In this document: in pieces, positions 40,870 to 49,328 of the stretch
Layout of the letters: every line of letters starts with the position of its first letter
Position numbering within the stretch: the stretch's first letter is position 1
IMG/VR virus record: IMGVR_UViG_3300030372_004205
Span: 1-64,000 of that record
Source of the DNA: an uncultured virus (IMG/VR IMGVR_UViG_3300030372_004205)
Lineage: Duplodnaviria > Heunggongvirae > Uroviricota > Caudoviricetes > Crassvirales
Length of the DNA stretch: 64,000 nucleotides
Reading direction: 5' to 3' (one strand)
Made by a program: the position numbers and the translations under genes
The notes under the pieces: model-generated
Seen by the model: only the letters and a program-made list of their open reading frames with translations
Databases searched by the model: none
Told to the model about the DNA's origin: nothing

Positions 40870-41037
40870 ATGACTTATTTAAGCAAAAATATAGATGGAT
40901 TAGTGTACTCAGAAGACTTTGGTGGATGGGTAGACGAGCAAGAAATGATAAATTCTAATGAAGAATACAATCAAGAACAAAGAGATTACTATGGAATTGA
41001 AGATGAAATTGATGTTTATTTAGATTTCACAAATTAA
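40870..41037 (+). CDS. Small acidic early protein
   Basis: MTYLSKNIDG...; very D/E-rich. Confidence 0.6.
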   Translation: MTYLSKNIDGLVYSEDFGGWVDEQEMINSNEEYNQEQRDYYGIEDEIDVYLDFTN

Positions 41038-41062
41038 ATACGAAATAGTAAAGATAATATAA
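41029..41062 (+). promoter_or_regulatory. Early promoter motif copy 5
   Basis: ACAAATTAAATACGA-N9-GATAATATAA. Confidence 0.7.
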
Positions 41063-41075
41063 TAAAATATATAAT

Positions 41076-41294
41076 ATGAAAAATAAGATTTTAACAATTG
41101 GAATAGCGATATGTTCGCTAGGGTTTAGTCAAGATTGCCCAAAAGATTCAGTTTCTTTAGCTGAATTTAGAAGCAAATATCCTTTTATTGCTTCAGTTGA
41201 CTCAAATAAAGTGGATACTTTCACTTGTTTGACTCAAAAGCAAGATTTTTACAACTATTTAGATAGTGTTGTAAAAGCAAAATTAGAAGACTAA
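41076..41294 (+). CDS. Small exported protein
   Basis: Signal peptide MKNKILTIGIAICSLGFS|QD. Confidence 0.65.
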   Translation: MKNKILTIGIAICSLGFSQDCPKDSVSLAEFRSKYPFIASVDSNKVDTFTCLTQKQDFYNYLDSVVKAKLED

Positions 41295-41299
41295 AACAT

Positions 41300-41373
41300 G
41301 GACGAGTAGCTTAACTGGATAAAGCAATACCCTTCTAAGGTATGGAGTGTGAGTTCGACTCTCACCTCGTTCA
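41300..41373 (+). tRNA. tRNA-Arg(TCT)
   Basis: Full cloverleaf: GGACGAG/CTCGTTC, GCTT/AAGC, ATACC-CTTCTAA-GGTAT, GTGAG-TTCGACT-CTCAC. Confidence 0.92.
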
Positions 41374-41375
41374 CT

Positions 41376-41498
41376 ATGAAAATTAAAAGAAAAGATATAA
41401 CAAGTAGAGATCCTTTTTGGAAACTTGCTTCATTCAAGCGAGTTCATAAAAGCAAAAAGACCTATACTAGAAAGAAAAAACATAAGAATAATGAGTAA
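41376..41498 (+). CDS. ArfA-like small basic peptide, 40 aa
   Basis: MKIKRKDITSRDPFWKLASFKRVHKSKKTYTRKKKHKNNE. Confidence 0.55.
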   Translation: MKIKRKDITSRDPFWKLASFKRVHKSKKTYTRKKKHKNNE

Positions 41499-41670
41499 AT
41501 TAAAAACAATAACAGTATTAGACTATGAAATTGGCAACGTAATTCAATATAATATTGACAAGTGGGATATAGAATATGAATCTATAGAGAGTTTTCTCTC
41601 AACTCAAGGTCATAGAATTAGTAATTGTCACTGGATGGTACACGAAGATGCTACAATATATGTAAAATAA
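41491..41670 (+). CDS. Hypothetical early protein
   Basis: MSKLKTITVLDY...NCHWMV. Confidence 0.65.
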   Translation: MSKLKTITVLDYEIGNVIQYNIDKWDIEYESIESFLSTQGHRISNCHWMVHEDATIYVK

Positions 41671-41671
41671 T

Positions 41672-42235
41672 ATGGAAAAAGTAAAAACAATGCAAGAAGC
41701 ATACCGAGTATTTGAATTACTTGGTATCAAAGAGGTCACCAAGGAGTGGCAAAGAAAGAAAGGTACAGAAGTATGGGAATTACCATTCAAAACTATGTAC
41801 TATAATGGTAGCACAGAAGTTAATAGATTTACTGTTTACAAGAACGGTTACGTTCGTAAAATGGTAGTTTATGGTGAAAATAATGCTACTAAAGGTTGTT
41901 ATCAACTAAATAGAGTGCGTAAAGTGGCTAGTTTTATTAAAGACTACAAATGGAGTGATTTACATAATTGCTCAGAATGGACTGGTAAATACCGTAAAGT
42001 ATATAATAATGAGCGAATTATGATAGATAATCACAGAGATCGAGTGGTATATTTGTGTAATTACATACTAAAAAACTACTATAACAAAAATGAGTACTCT
42101 TTAGTCGGTGGATATACACAAAAAAGAGTATCAGAAGTACATAGCGAGTGGTGGAGAAACGAAAGAAAAAGTAGTTTAAACTCAGGTCAAGATGTACAAG
42201 TAATAATCAACGGACACCGTTATAATTTAAGTTAA
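41672..42235 (+). CDS. Hypothetical early protein
   Basis: 187 aa ORF. Confidence 0.75.
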   Translation: MEKVKTMQEAYRVFELLGIKEVTKEWQRKKGTEVWELPFKTMYYNGSTEVNRFTVYKNGYVRKMVVYGENNATKGCYQLNRVRKVASFIKDYKWSDLHNCSEWTGKYRKVYNNERIMIDNHRDRVVYLCNYILKNYYNKNEYSLVGGYTQKRVSEVHSEWWRNERKSSLNSGQDVQVIINGHRYNLS

Positions 42236-42236
42236 T

Positions 42237-42485
42237 ATGATAGAAAAATTAAAAGATTTAGAACAAGAAGCGTTAGATAATCTTGACCCAGAAGTATATG
42301 ATGAAATAACATCTAATGTACTAGGTGAGGGTGAACAGTGGATTTACCAATCAGGATATATAGATGGCTTACAAACAGCAATAAGATTGCTAAGTGAAAA
42401 TGACTCAAACTTGAGTTATAGTGTAGAAATAGAAGATATCGAGTTCATAAAAGATATATATGACGATGAAGATAATGAAGATTAA
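42237..42485 (+). CDS. Acidic hypothetical protein
   Basis: 82 aa ORF. Confidence 0.7.
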   Translation: MIEKLKDLEQEALDNLDPEVYDEITSNVLGEGEQWIYQSGYIDGLQTAIRLLSENDSNLSYSVEIEDIEFIKDIYDDEDNED

Positions 42486-42486
42486 T

Positions 42487-42678
42487 ATGAAAAAGAAATT
42501 AATTATAATAACATTTTCAGTAGTGTCTACTGTTGGATGTAGCAAAAAAGTGGAAGATACCACTTGTGAAGAATATAAAAATGAAATAGAATTGTTACAA
42601 AGCGAATTAACAACTATTGGTAGCAAACTAGATTCTATGATATTACTTCATGATTATAGTTTTGTATTCACAAATTAA
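42487..42678 (+). CDS. Putative lipoprotein
   Basis: MKKKLIIITFSVVSTVG|C lipobox-like, then coiled coil. Confidence 0.55.
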   Translation: MKKKLIIITFSVVSTVGCSKKVEDTTCEEYKNEIELLQSELTTIGSKLDSMILLHDYSFVFTN

Positions 42679-42703
42679 ATACGATAACTCGTAGATAATA
42701 TAA
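42670..42703 (+). promoter_or_regulatory. Early promoter motif copy 6
   Basis: ACAAATTAAATACGA-N9-GATAATATAA, 2 nt before the ATG. Confidence 0.7.
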
Positions 42704-42705
42704 AT

Positions 42706-42918
42706 ATGAAATGCAAATGTAATGAAAATATAATACCAGAAGGACGTTTACGACTCGGATTTAGAGTATGTGTCGAGTGTTCTACCGTCGAAGCTTACGG
42801 TTGTGCTCCAGTCATTAATCACAAGACGGGCAACACTATTCAAATTATGTCGCAAGAAGACGCGAAACGTATAGCTAAACTGACTCGTAGACGTGGATAT
42901 GGTACAATGTTAAAATAA
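42706..42918 (+). CDS. TraR/DksA-like C4 zinc-finger protein
   Basis: CKC...IPEGRL......CVEC. Confidence 0.6.
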   Translation: MKCKCNENIIPEGRLRLGFRVCVECSTVEAYGCAPVINHKTGNTIQIMSQEDAKRIAKLTRRRGYGTMLK

Positions 42919-42925
42919 ATAAGAT

Positions 42926-43294
42926 ATGAATAAAGAAGAATTAGAAAAAGAAATAACCAAACTAGAGCAATATATTGAGTCTCATGCTGACCAAGTAAAA
43001 GATCTTGAGCATGATTTAAGAACTGTTAAAAGAAAATTAGTTGATATTAATAAGCATAAATTACCTAGTAATTACTTTGTTAAAATTGCGGATGCTATAG
43101 AATCAACAATATATAACTTTGACTTTAACAACACTAATAGTTATAATGCTGAGTTCGAGATGGATTATGATAATACAGTGAATTTAAGTAATATAGAGTT
43201 TGAAGCTCAAGATGAATTAGCAGAAGAAATTCAAAGAAATATTGAAGATCTATTTGGCATAGCTGAAGAAACCGAAGAAGAAACGACGGAATAA
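42926..43294 (+). CDS. Acidic coiled-coil hypothetical protein
   Basis: 122 aa ORF. Confidence 0.75.
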   Translation: MNKEELEKEITKLEQYIESHADQVKDLEHDLRTVKRKLVDINKHKLPSNYFVKIADAIESTIYNFDFNNTNSYNAEFEMDYDNTVNLSNIEFEAQDELAEEIQRNIEDLFGIAEETEEETTE

Positions 43295-43308
43295 TCAGTT
43301 ATAAAAAC

Positions 43309-43905
43309 GAGAGGAAGTACAAAGATCGAGAGAAGGTTGTAAGGACGAGTTACGTAAAAATACCTTCAGTGTCGAGCCTCTCAAGAGAGATTGATAGTCA
43401 AGAAAGTGAGGATAAAACAGTTTGCTATCCCTCACCTCTCAAAATGCGGAGTAAGTTTCTAGAGCCCTCCGTAGTCTCCAGAGATAATAACCTTTACGTG
43501 GTTGGAGATATAAGTAGGAAGTGTTTAGATACAACTGAAACTAATAATTATCAAGTGACCTGACTATATCTATGTATAAAGATGAGGTTGGTCACACGTG
43601 AACTAGGTGGTAAATTCTGGAGAAAGTCCAGCGTAAATGTAGGATAAAGCGATTTAAGATGAACAAGAGCGTAAACTCTGATTTAAAACTAGCATTCTTA
43701 ATAAGTACCACACCTACGGTTCACACAGCTTGAAATGGATTAGCGTGAATCGCGTTATTATGCTAGTTTAGTGGTCGCTATAGTTACCTGACGAGGTGGG
43801 AGGTTCGATTCCTCCCCGAGCTGCTGAAGATTGTGAGAAAGCACAGGGGTTACTCGTGAGCTCCCGGGTATGTAACAGAACGAACTGAACCTGTGCAATT
43901 CACAA
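43309..43905 (+). ncRNA. Array of structured non-coding RNA modules (includes a tRNA-like element at 43726..43824)
   Basis: About 600 nt without a credible ORF; successive closed stems GAGAGG/CCTCTC, GTGAG/CTCAC, TGCGGAG/CTCCGTA, TCTCCAG/TTGGAGA, GTGACC/GGTCAC, GTGAAC/GTTCAC, CAGCTTG/CGAGCTG, GCACAGG/CCTGTGC. Confidence 0.65.
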
Positions 43906-43935
43906 ATTAAATACGAATAAAGTAAGATAATATAT
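43902..43935 (+). promoter_or_regulatory. Early promoter motif copy 7
   Basis: ACAAATTAAATACGA-N9-GATAATATAT, 2 nt before the ATG. Confidence 0.7.
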
Positions 43936-43937
43936 TT

Positions 43938-44183
43938 ATGAAGACAATATATGATAGACTCAACCCAGAAATTCTGGAGAGTATAAATAAAGATGAACAA
44001 AGATATCCTTATACAACTAGAGCTCTTAAGAAAAAACTTAAGTCTAGTGATGACTGGTCCCAGTTATCTGTAGGTGATATTCAAGCAATAATAACACATT
44101 CTCATGAAAAATTTGTAGAATTAAATTATATAGATTTTATGTGGGGTGATAAATTTTTAACAGGTGGATTGGGAACTAATTAA
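43938..44183 (+). CDS. Hypothetical early protein
   Basis: 81 aa, downstream of a promoter motif. Confidence 0.75.
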   Translation: MKTIYDRLNPEILESINKDEQRYPYTTRALKKKLKSSDDWSQLSVGDIQAIITHSHEKFVELNYIDFMWGDKFLTGGLGTN

Positions 44184-44277
44184 TGATGGTAATATGCTAG
44201 AAATAAACGCAGTTATAATAGCTTATGTAGTGTTATTTATATTAGCTAGTATTCAAGTAAAACAATGGAAATAAAAT

Positions 44278-44697
44278 ATGGCAACAAGAGCGACAATAAG
44301 TATTGCTAGACGTGAAGAAGGAGTATCGTTTAGCGAAAAACCAAACAAGACAATTGTAGACATCTATCATCACTATGATGGATATCCTGAAGGATTAGGT
44401 GTGACATTAGCATCTTATCTTGACGGTAAAACAATTACAAATGGATTAGGTAGTAGAGATGATTATGATTATTTCAATGGATTAGGTTGTTTAGCTGCAT
44501 CACTTGTGGCTGAATTAAAAGATGGTCCAGGAAATGTATACATAGAAGATAAAGATCGGCCACATGGTTGGTTAGATTATAAGTATTACGTGTGGGGTGA
44601 CGACAATAAAAGTATATGGATTAGTATATTTGATGGTGATGAATGTATATTTGTGGGAAAACCGCGCAAATTATTAAGTAAATATTACACAGACTAA
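44278..44697 (+). CDS. Phage protein with MATR...YxHxDGYP motif
   Basis: 139 aa; motif recurrent in phage early regions, function unknown. Confidence 0.75.
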   Translation: MATRATISIARREEGVSFSEKPNKTIVDIYHHYDGYPEGLGVTLASYLDGKTITNGLGSRDDYDYFNGLGCLAASLVAELKDGPGNVYIEDKDRPHGWLDYKYYVWGDDNKSIWISIFDGDECIFVGKPRKLLSKYYTD

Positions 44698-44722
44698 ATA
44701 CGATTACTTATGGATAATATAA
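44689..44722 (+). promoter_or_regulatory. Early promoter motif copy 8
   Basis: ACAGACTAAATACGA-N9-GATAATATAA, overlapping the gene junction. Confidence 0.6.
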
Positions 44723-44997
44723 GAGACGAAAACCTAAAACGATTGGGTAAATTTATAGCAGAAGAGCTAATAAGATTAGCAAAAAACACCGATACTGAAG
44801 ATTGGATAGAAGAAAACATGAGAGATCACACTATCGGTGAGTTAGCACGCTGTGTCACACTTCAAAATCTATATTTAGATCGCGAAGAATTTGAAAAGTG
44901 TGCTATAATGAAAATAAGAATAATGGAATTAGCAGATAGATTAGGAATCTCTGTTAGTACAGATTTAACAAATTTAGAAGATGAAGATGAAATATAA
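44710..44997 (+). CDS. Hypothetical protein with UVR-like motif
   Basis: REEFEKCAIMKIRI. Confidence 0.65.
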   Translation: MDNIRDENLKRLGKFIAEELIRLAKNTDTEDWIEENMRDHTIGELARCVTLQNLYLDREEFEKCAIMKIRIMELADRLGISVSTDLTNLEDEDEI

Positions 44998-45829
44998 ACC
45001 AATGTTAGCTTACCCAGTAAGCGCAAAACCAATAGACTATAGTAAACCAGTATTTATACAACCAAAATTAGATGGTGTTAGGTGCTTGATACAGTATGAC
45101 AGTGGCGTGGTAACCGCGTACTCGCGTACAGGTAAGGTATGGAAGAATATCGACCATATAACTTGGAACTTGTATAAGTTCTTTGATAAACACCCGAATG
45201 TAGTACTCGACGGCGAATTGTATAATCATGATTTTAGAGACGATTTCGAACAAATCATATCTATGGTCAGAAAAACAAAACCGACTGCCGAGGCACGTAT
45301 TAAATCACGCGAAAACGTACAATTTCATTGTTATGATATTGTGAATAGAAAGATGAAGTTTAGTACACGTGATTTGTGGATTACTGAATATCTTTCAACA
45401 AGTTATTGCGTGAAGCATGTACCAACTCGTAAAGTTACATCAGAATCTGGTGCTAAATTAGTTCACCAAGAGCATTTAAAAGCTGGTTACGAAGGTTCTA
45501 TTGTAAGACTAGACACGCCTTATCAATGTAAGAGGTCGCATAGTCTTAGAAAATTCAAAGATTTCAGCGATGCTGAAGCTAACATTGTTGGTTATGAAGA
45601 AGGTAAAGGCAAAAGAACTGGCACGCTAGGTAAGTTTATAATGCAAGATGATGATGGAAATCAGTTCGGCTGTCCACCAGGTAAAGGTCATAATTATAAA
45701 GATCTTGCACTAATGCTTGCTAATATCCATGAATACATGGGTCAGCGTGCTACCTTTACATATTTTGAGAGAACTAAGGCGGGATCGTACCGTCATCCAC
45801 TATATAAATGTATAAGAAATTATGAATAA
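44987..45829 (+). CDS. ATP-dependent DNA ligase
   Basis: QPKLDGVRC (motif I), LDGELY, YEGSIVR, LRKFK. Confidence 0.92.
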   Translation: MKYKPMLAYPVSAKPIDYSKPVFIQPKLDGVRCLIQYDSGVVTAYSRTGKVWKNIDHITWNLYKFFDKHPNVVLDGELYNHDFRDDFEQIISMVRKTKPTAEARIKSRENVQFHCYDIVNRKMKFSTRDLWITEYLSTSYCVKHVPTRKVTSESGAKLVHQEHLKAGYEGSIVRLDTPYQCKRSHSLRKFKDFSDAEANIVGYEEGKGKRTGTLGKFIMQDDDGNQFGCPPGKGHNYKDLALMLANIHEYMGQRATFTYFERTKAGSYRHPLYKCIRNYE

Positions 45830-45930
45830 AAGATTAGTGATAAAGGTTGTTGAACACAACAACACGTGGGATAAAGATCATTGGTATCATAAACGAATGA
45901 GAATAATAACTGGAACTTTAAAACCAAACT

Positions 45931-45975
45931 GTGACAAAAGCCTTAAATAACTATATAGTAGGGGGCTAATGTCAC
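45931..45975. repeat. Imperfect palindrome C
   Basis: GTGACAAAAGCC...GGCTAATGTCAC, overlapping the start of the HTH gene. Confidence 0.65.
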
Positions 45976-46607
45976 AAATTATAACAATGGATAGAAGATT
46001 TAAGTATTTATGGGACAATAGGGTGGTATATAGAAGAAATCCTATCACAGACACACCGGATGAAGAAACAGACCAATACATGTTTTATAAAGATGGTACA
46101 CACCAGTGTTATGACTTGTTTAGAAGTAAAGCAAAAATTACAACATGGAGGTCGTTTTATTGGCACATGATGGTGTTATGGCACTTGAATCCAGAATGGG
46201 ACGATGCTAAAGCTATGGAGATCGCTGAATACTTAGCTTATAAACCAAATGGTTTTACTACATTTAGTATGAATAAATGGAATTTAGCTAGATTAGTATA
46301 TGAGGTATCTGTATTAGATTTAGAAACACCACCACAAAATAAACTTAGGAAAATTATATTTAAGCCGAATTGTGGTTTAGATAAAATAGAAAAACTTAAG
46401 ATAGTAGGTAAATTAATAGGTAGATTAAGAGGTGTACAAAAAGAAGATGTATACACGAGCATGTTACTATTGAATGATAGTGACGAAAAAATAACCATAA
46501 CTAAATTAGCTAATAGCCTAAAAGTAACGCCGAGAACCGTACATAGACATATGTGTGGCGAATTAAAACAAATAAAAAAAGAATTAAATGAAGAGATTGA
46601 TATATGA
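45969..46607 (+). CDS. C-terminal HTH DNA-binding protein (possible replication initiator or regulator)
   Basis: KITITKLANSLKVTPRTVHRHM. Confidence 0.6.
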   Translation: MSQIITMDRRFKYLWDNRVVYRRNPITDTPDEETDQYMFYKDGTHQCYDLFRSKAKITTWRSFYWHMMVLWHLNPEWDDAKAMEIAEYLAYKPNGFTTFSMNKWNLARLVYEVSVLDLETPPQNKLRKIIFKPNCGLDKIEKLKIVGKLIGRLRGVQKEDVYTSMLLLNDSDEKITITKLANSLKVTPRTVHRHMCGELKQIKKELNEEIDI

Positions 46608-46697
46608 TCTGTACTATGCAGATGAAATAACTAAAGAAGTGGCGATAAAATTGCTAGATAAATGGAGTTATAATTATAATAAAAGAAAATATTAAAT

Positions 46698-47453
46698 ATG
46701 AAAAAATATCACGTACAAAATTATATAAGATGGAAAGAAGATATCAAAAAATCTATAAGTAGATTACCAGATGTTCCATATGAGGAATTAAGTAGAGATC
46801 AATTGATTATAAAGTTTTTACCATTAGTAGAAAGTTTATCTATGAAATTCTCAACCTCACAATCAGCTAGTGGAGTAATGAGTATAATGGATTTATTACA
46901 AGAGGGTAATTATGGTCTATGCGCTGGTGTAGATAGGATAGATTGGGATACAATTTTAGCATCTAAAGATCAAGAAAAAACTTTAAAATCGTTTTTAGCT
47001 AAAAGAATTAAAGGAGCTATACGAAGAGGAATTGATACAAATAGAGGTAGCATGCGAATACCTGAGCACAAGTTGAATGAAATAAGAAAAGATTTTGGTG
47101 AAGATCGTAAGGCTGTAGAGTTGTTTTTCAACTCAGTATTTACAAGTCTTGATGATGGAACACCAGAGCAACAGAGTGCAGCTTATAATATACCTGAGAT
47201 CAAAGAGTATAATAAAGAGTTATTAGCAGCCTACTTAAAAGCATTAATGTTACAATATTTAAATCCTAAAGAATATCAAGTGTTAAGATTATCTTATGGA
47301 CTTGATTGCGAAAAACATTCCGCTAAAGAAATTGCTGATATATTAGGCATAAAAGGCACTAGCTCTTATGTGCGAGTTTCACAGTTAAAAAAGCAAGCAA
47401 TAACAAAGTTAATAGAGAACGTTCCTGAGTCGCAAGTGGTTGACTACCTGTGA
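46698..47453 (+). CDS. Sigma70-family RNA polymerase sigma factor
   Basis: Region 2 MDLLQEGNYGL...RIKGAIRRGID...MRIP; region 4 LNPKEYQVLRLSYGL...KEIADILG...RVSQLKKQAITKL. Confidence 0.88.
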   Translation: MKKYHVQNYIRWKEDIKKSISRLPDVPYEELSRDQLIIKFLPLVESLSMKFSTSQSASGVMSIMDLLQEGNYGLCAGVDRIDWDTILASKDQEKTLKSFLAKRIKGAIRRGIDTNRGSMRIPEHKLNEIRKDFGEDRKAVELFFNSVFTSLDDGTPEQQSAAYNIPEIKEYNKELLAAYLKALMLQYLNPKEYQVLRLSYGLDCEKHSAKEIADILGIKGTSSYVRVSQLKKQAITKLIENVPESQVVDYL

Positions 47454-47473
47454 GTTACGAGTGGTTCACTAAT

Positions 47474-47501
47474 GTAAATTATTAATTCTATATGTAATTA
47501 T
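47474..47501 (+). promoter_or_regulatory. Putative middle/late promoter GTAAAT-N13-TGTAATTAT heading the replication operon
   Basis: Same boxes as 38421..38448. Confidence 0.6.
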
Positions 47502-47526
47502 ATATATAGACCAAGACCAATAGACT

Positions 47527-48090
47527 ATGAAGAAATTAAACCAAAAACTATCAGTTATACAGACTGAATTAAAAGCAAAAAAATCTTCGTATAATTCTTT
47601 CGGGAAGTATTATTTCCGAAAGGCCGAAGATATACTCGAGGCAGTAAAGCCTTTCTTACTACGGGAAGGTGTATCAGTAAGAGTCGACGAAGAATTGATT
47701 CACGATACACCACCTACAATAAAATCAACAGCCACAATTTCTGATGGCGAAAATTCAATCACAGCTACAGCAATAGTCGGTGTAGATCTTAATCAAAAAG
47801 GTATGCAAACGGCTCAACAATTTGGAGCAGCTTCATCTTACGGGAAAAAGTATGCATTAGGCAACTTATTTCTAATTGATGATACAGCTGATGCTGACTC
47901 GACTAATAGTCATGGGAGAGCGGCGCAGCTTACTCAAAGTATGGGATTTACTAAAGCTAAAATGAATGATGAGCAATTAAAAAAAGCTGTTGAGTTTGTA
48001 AAAGGAGGAGGAGCTATTACTGCTATCGAGTCTAAATATACCGTTACACCTGAACAAATGAAAACATTAAAAAACGGAGTTAATGGATAA
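47527..48090 (+). CDS. ERF-family single-strand annealing protein
   Basis: IQTELKAKKS..NSFGKY..R.AEDILEAVKP; GAASSYGKKYAL..LFLIDD..DAD. Confidence 0.85.
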   Translation: MKKLNQKLSVIQTELKAKKSSYNSFGKYYFRKAEDILEAVKPFLLREGVSVRVDEELIHDTPPTIKSTATISDGENSITATAIVGVDLNQKGMQTAQQFGAASSYGKKYALGNLFLIDDTADADSTNSHGRAAQLTQSMGFTKAKMNDEQLKKAVEFVKGGGAITAIESKYTVTPEQMKTLKNGVNG

Positions 48091-48817
48091 AGAAAAAATA
48101 ATTGAGAAATTAACACAGGACGAACATTACTATGGAAAATTTGGTAAACAGTTCTTGAGTAATTCAGATATATCTATATTACTTAAAAATCCTAGGTTGT
48201 TAAGAGAAGATAAACCGAAGACATCAGCAATGGTGATAGGAGGCTATTTTCACACTGCAATACTAGAACCTGATAAACTTGAACAATTCAAGATTATTAA
48301 GTCTACAACTAGGAATACTAAAGTGTATAAAGAAATGTCTGGAGGCGAGATTTGTTTGCTTCAACATGAGGTTGATAAAATAGAGTTAATGAGAGAAGCT
48401 GTTATGGATAATAAAATCTGTAGGGAACTCATAGATGGTCTTGGTGCCGTCGAATACGAGATACCTGGAGTTACTGAAATACATGGGAACATGTGGAAAG
48501 GTAAAGCAGATATTGTTAACCACGACGAAAGACTTATAATAGATCTTAAGACAACTAGTGATATTGATAGGTTTAAGTGGTCAGCCGCTAAGTTCAACTA
48601 TGATAGTCAAGCTTATATCTATAGCAACCTATTTGGCTATGAGATGTTGTTTATGGTAATAGACAAAGAAACATTACAAATAGGTTTGTTCGACTGTTCT
48701 CCAGATTTTTATTCTTCTGGAGAGGATAAAGTACGTAAAGCTACTGACGCGTACGAACTGTTTTATAAGACAGATGATTTTGACAGTAAGCAATATTTAA
48801 TAACTAAAACCTTATAA
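48083..48817 (+). CDS. PD-(D/E)XK exonuclease (RecE/DUF3799-like)
   Basis: LSNS, G..FH.AILEP, KGKAD...IIDLKTT, YDSQA.IY. Confidence 0.85.
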   Translation: MDKEKIIEKLTQDEHYYGKFGKQFLSNSDISILLKNPRLLREDKPKTSAMVIGGYFHTAILEPDKLEQFKIIKSTTRNTKVYKEMSGGEICLLQHEVDKIELMREAVMDNKICRELIDGLGAVEYEIPGVTEIHGNMWKGKADIVNHDERLIIDLKTTSDIDRFKWSAAKFNYDSQAYIYSNLFGYEMLFMVIDKETLQIGLFDCSPDFYSSGEDKVRKATDAYELFYKTDDFDSKQYLITKTL

Positions 48818-48821
48818 ACCT

Positions 48822-49016
48822 ATGGCAACAGCTTATAAAATGAAAACATGTGCTATATCTGGGAAGAGATTTAGAGCTAATAATAACAATTTCTATTTCA
48901 ATGCAAACTCCCCGGATAAATTACACCCTTATCATAAGAAATATGATAATTTTAGACGGACGACCGGGGCGTCTGTAAACAAAGTAAAAGAATTAGTTAA
49001 CTTAATAAACGGATAA
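48822..49016 (+). CDS. Small hypothetical protein
   Basis: 64 aa in the replication operon. Confidence 0.6.
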   Translation: MATAYKMKTCAISGKRFRANNNNFYFNANSPDKLHPYHKKYDNFRRTTGASVNKVKELVNLING

Positions 49017-49019
49017 AAT

Positions 49020-49325
49020 ATGGCAAGTATAATAAAAACTTCTATAAATCTTTCTGAAATACCGAAAGATAAGATATTTGTAGGGAAGAAAGGAAAGTAC
49101 CTACCAATAACAATAACTATAAATGATGAAGTCGATCAATTTGGTAATCAAGGACCAGTTGTTGTTGAACAAACTAAAGAGGAAAGAGATGCTAAGGCAG
49201 CTAAAACCTACTTGGGTAACGTTAGAGTAGTGTGGACAAACGGCGACAATGTTGCTACTGCTCCACGAGATAATCAACCAGCGGCTGAACCAGCAACCGT
49301 AAAACCAGAAGACTTACCGTTTTAA
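49020..49325 (+). CDS. Putative single-stranded DNA-binding protein
   Basis: GKKGKYL..., acidic C-terminal EDLPF tail. Confidence 0.7.
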   Translation: MASIIKTSINLSEIPKDKIFVGKKGKYLPITITINDEVDQFGNQGPVVVEQTKEERDAKAAKTYLGNVRVVWTNGDNVATAPRDNQPAAEPATVKPEDLPF

Positions 49326-49328
49326 TAT

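Noticed and set aside
43369..43563. 64 aa ORF within the structured region
   Set aside because: GTG start with no A-rich leader or recognisable motif; the dense base pairing is better explained as RNA structure.
43615..43635. RNase P RNA (GGAGAAAGTCC resembles GAGGAAAGUCC)
   Set aside because: It forms a local CTGGA/TCCAG hairpin, and I found no matching 3' P4 strand.
43786..43842. Hammerhead ribozyme (CTGACGA...GAAA)
   Set aside because: Stems II and III cannot be formed around the core; the segment fits the tRNA-like fold better.
38821..44722. Early motif copies as a CRISPR array
   Set aside because: Spacing is irregular (about 140-1640 nt) with genes in between, the middle 9 nt vary, and there are no cas genes.
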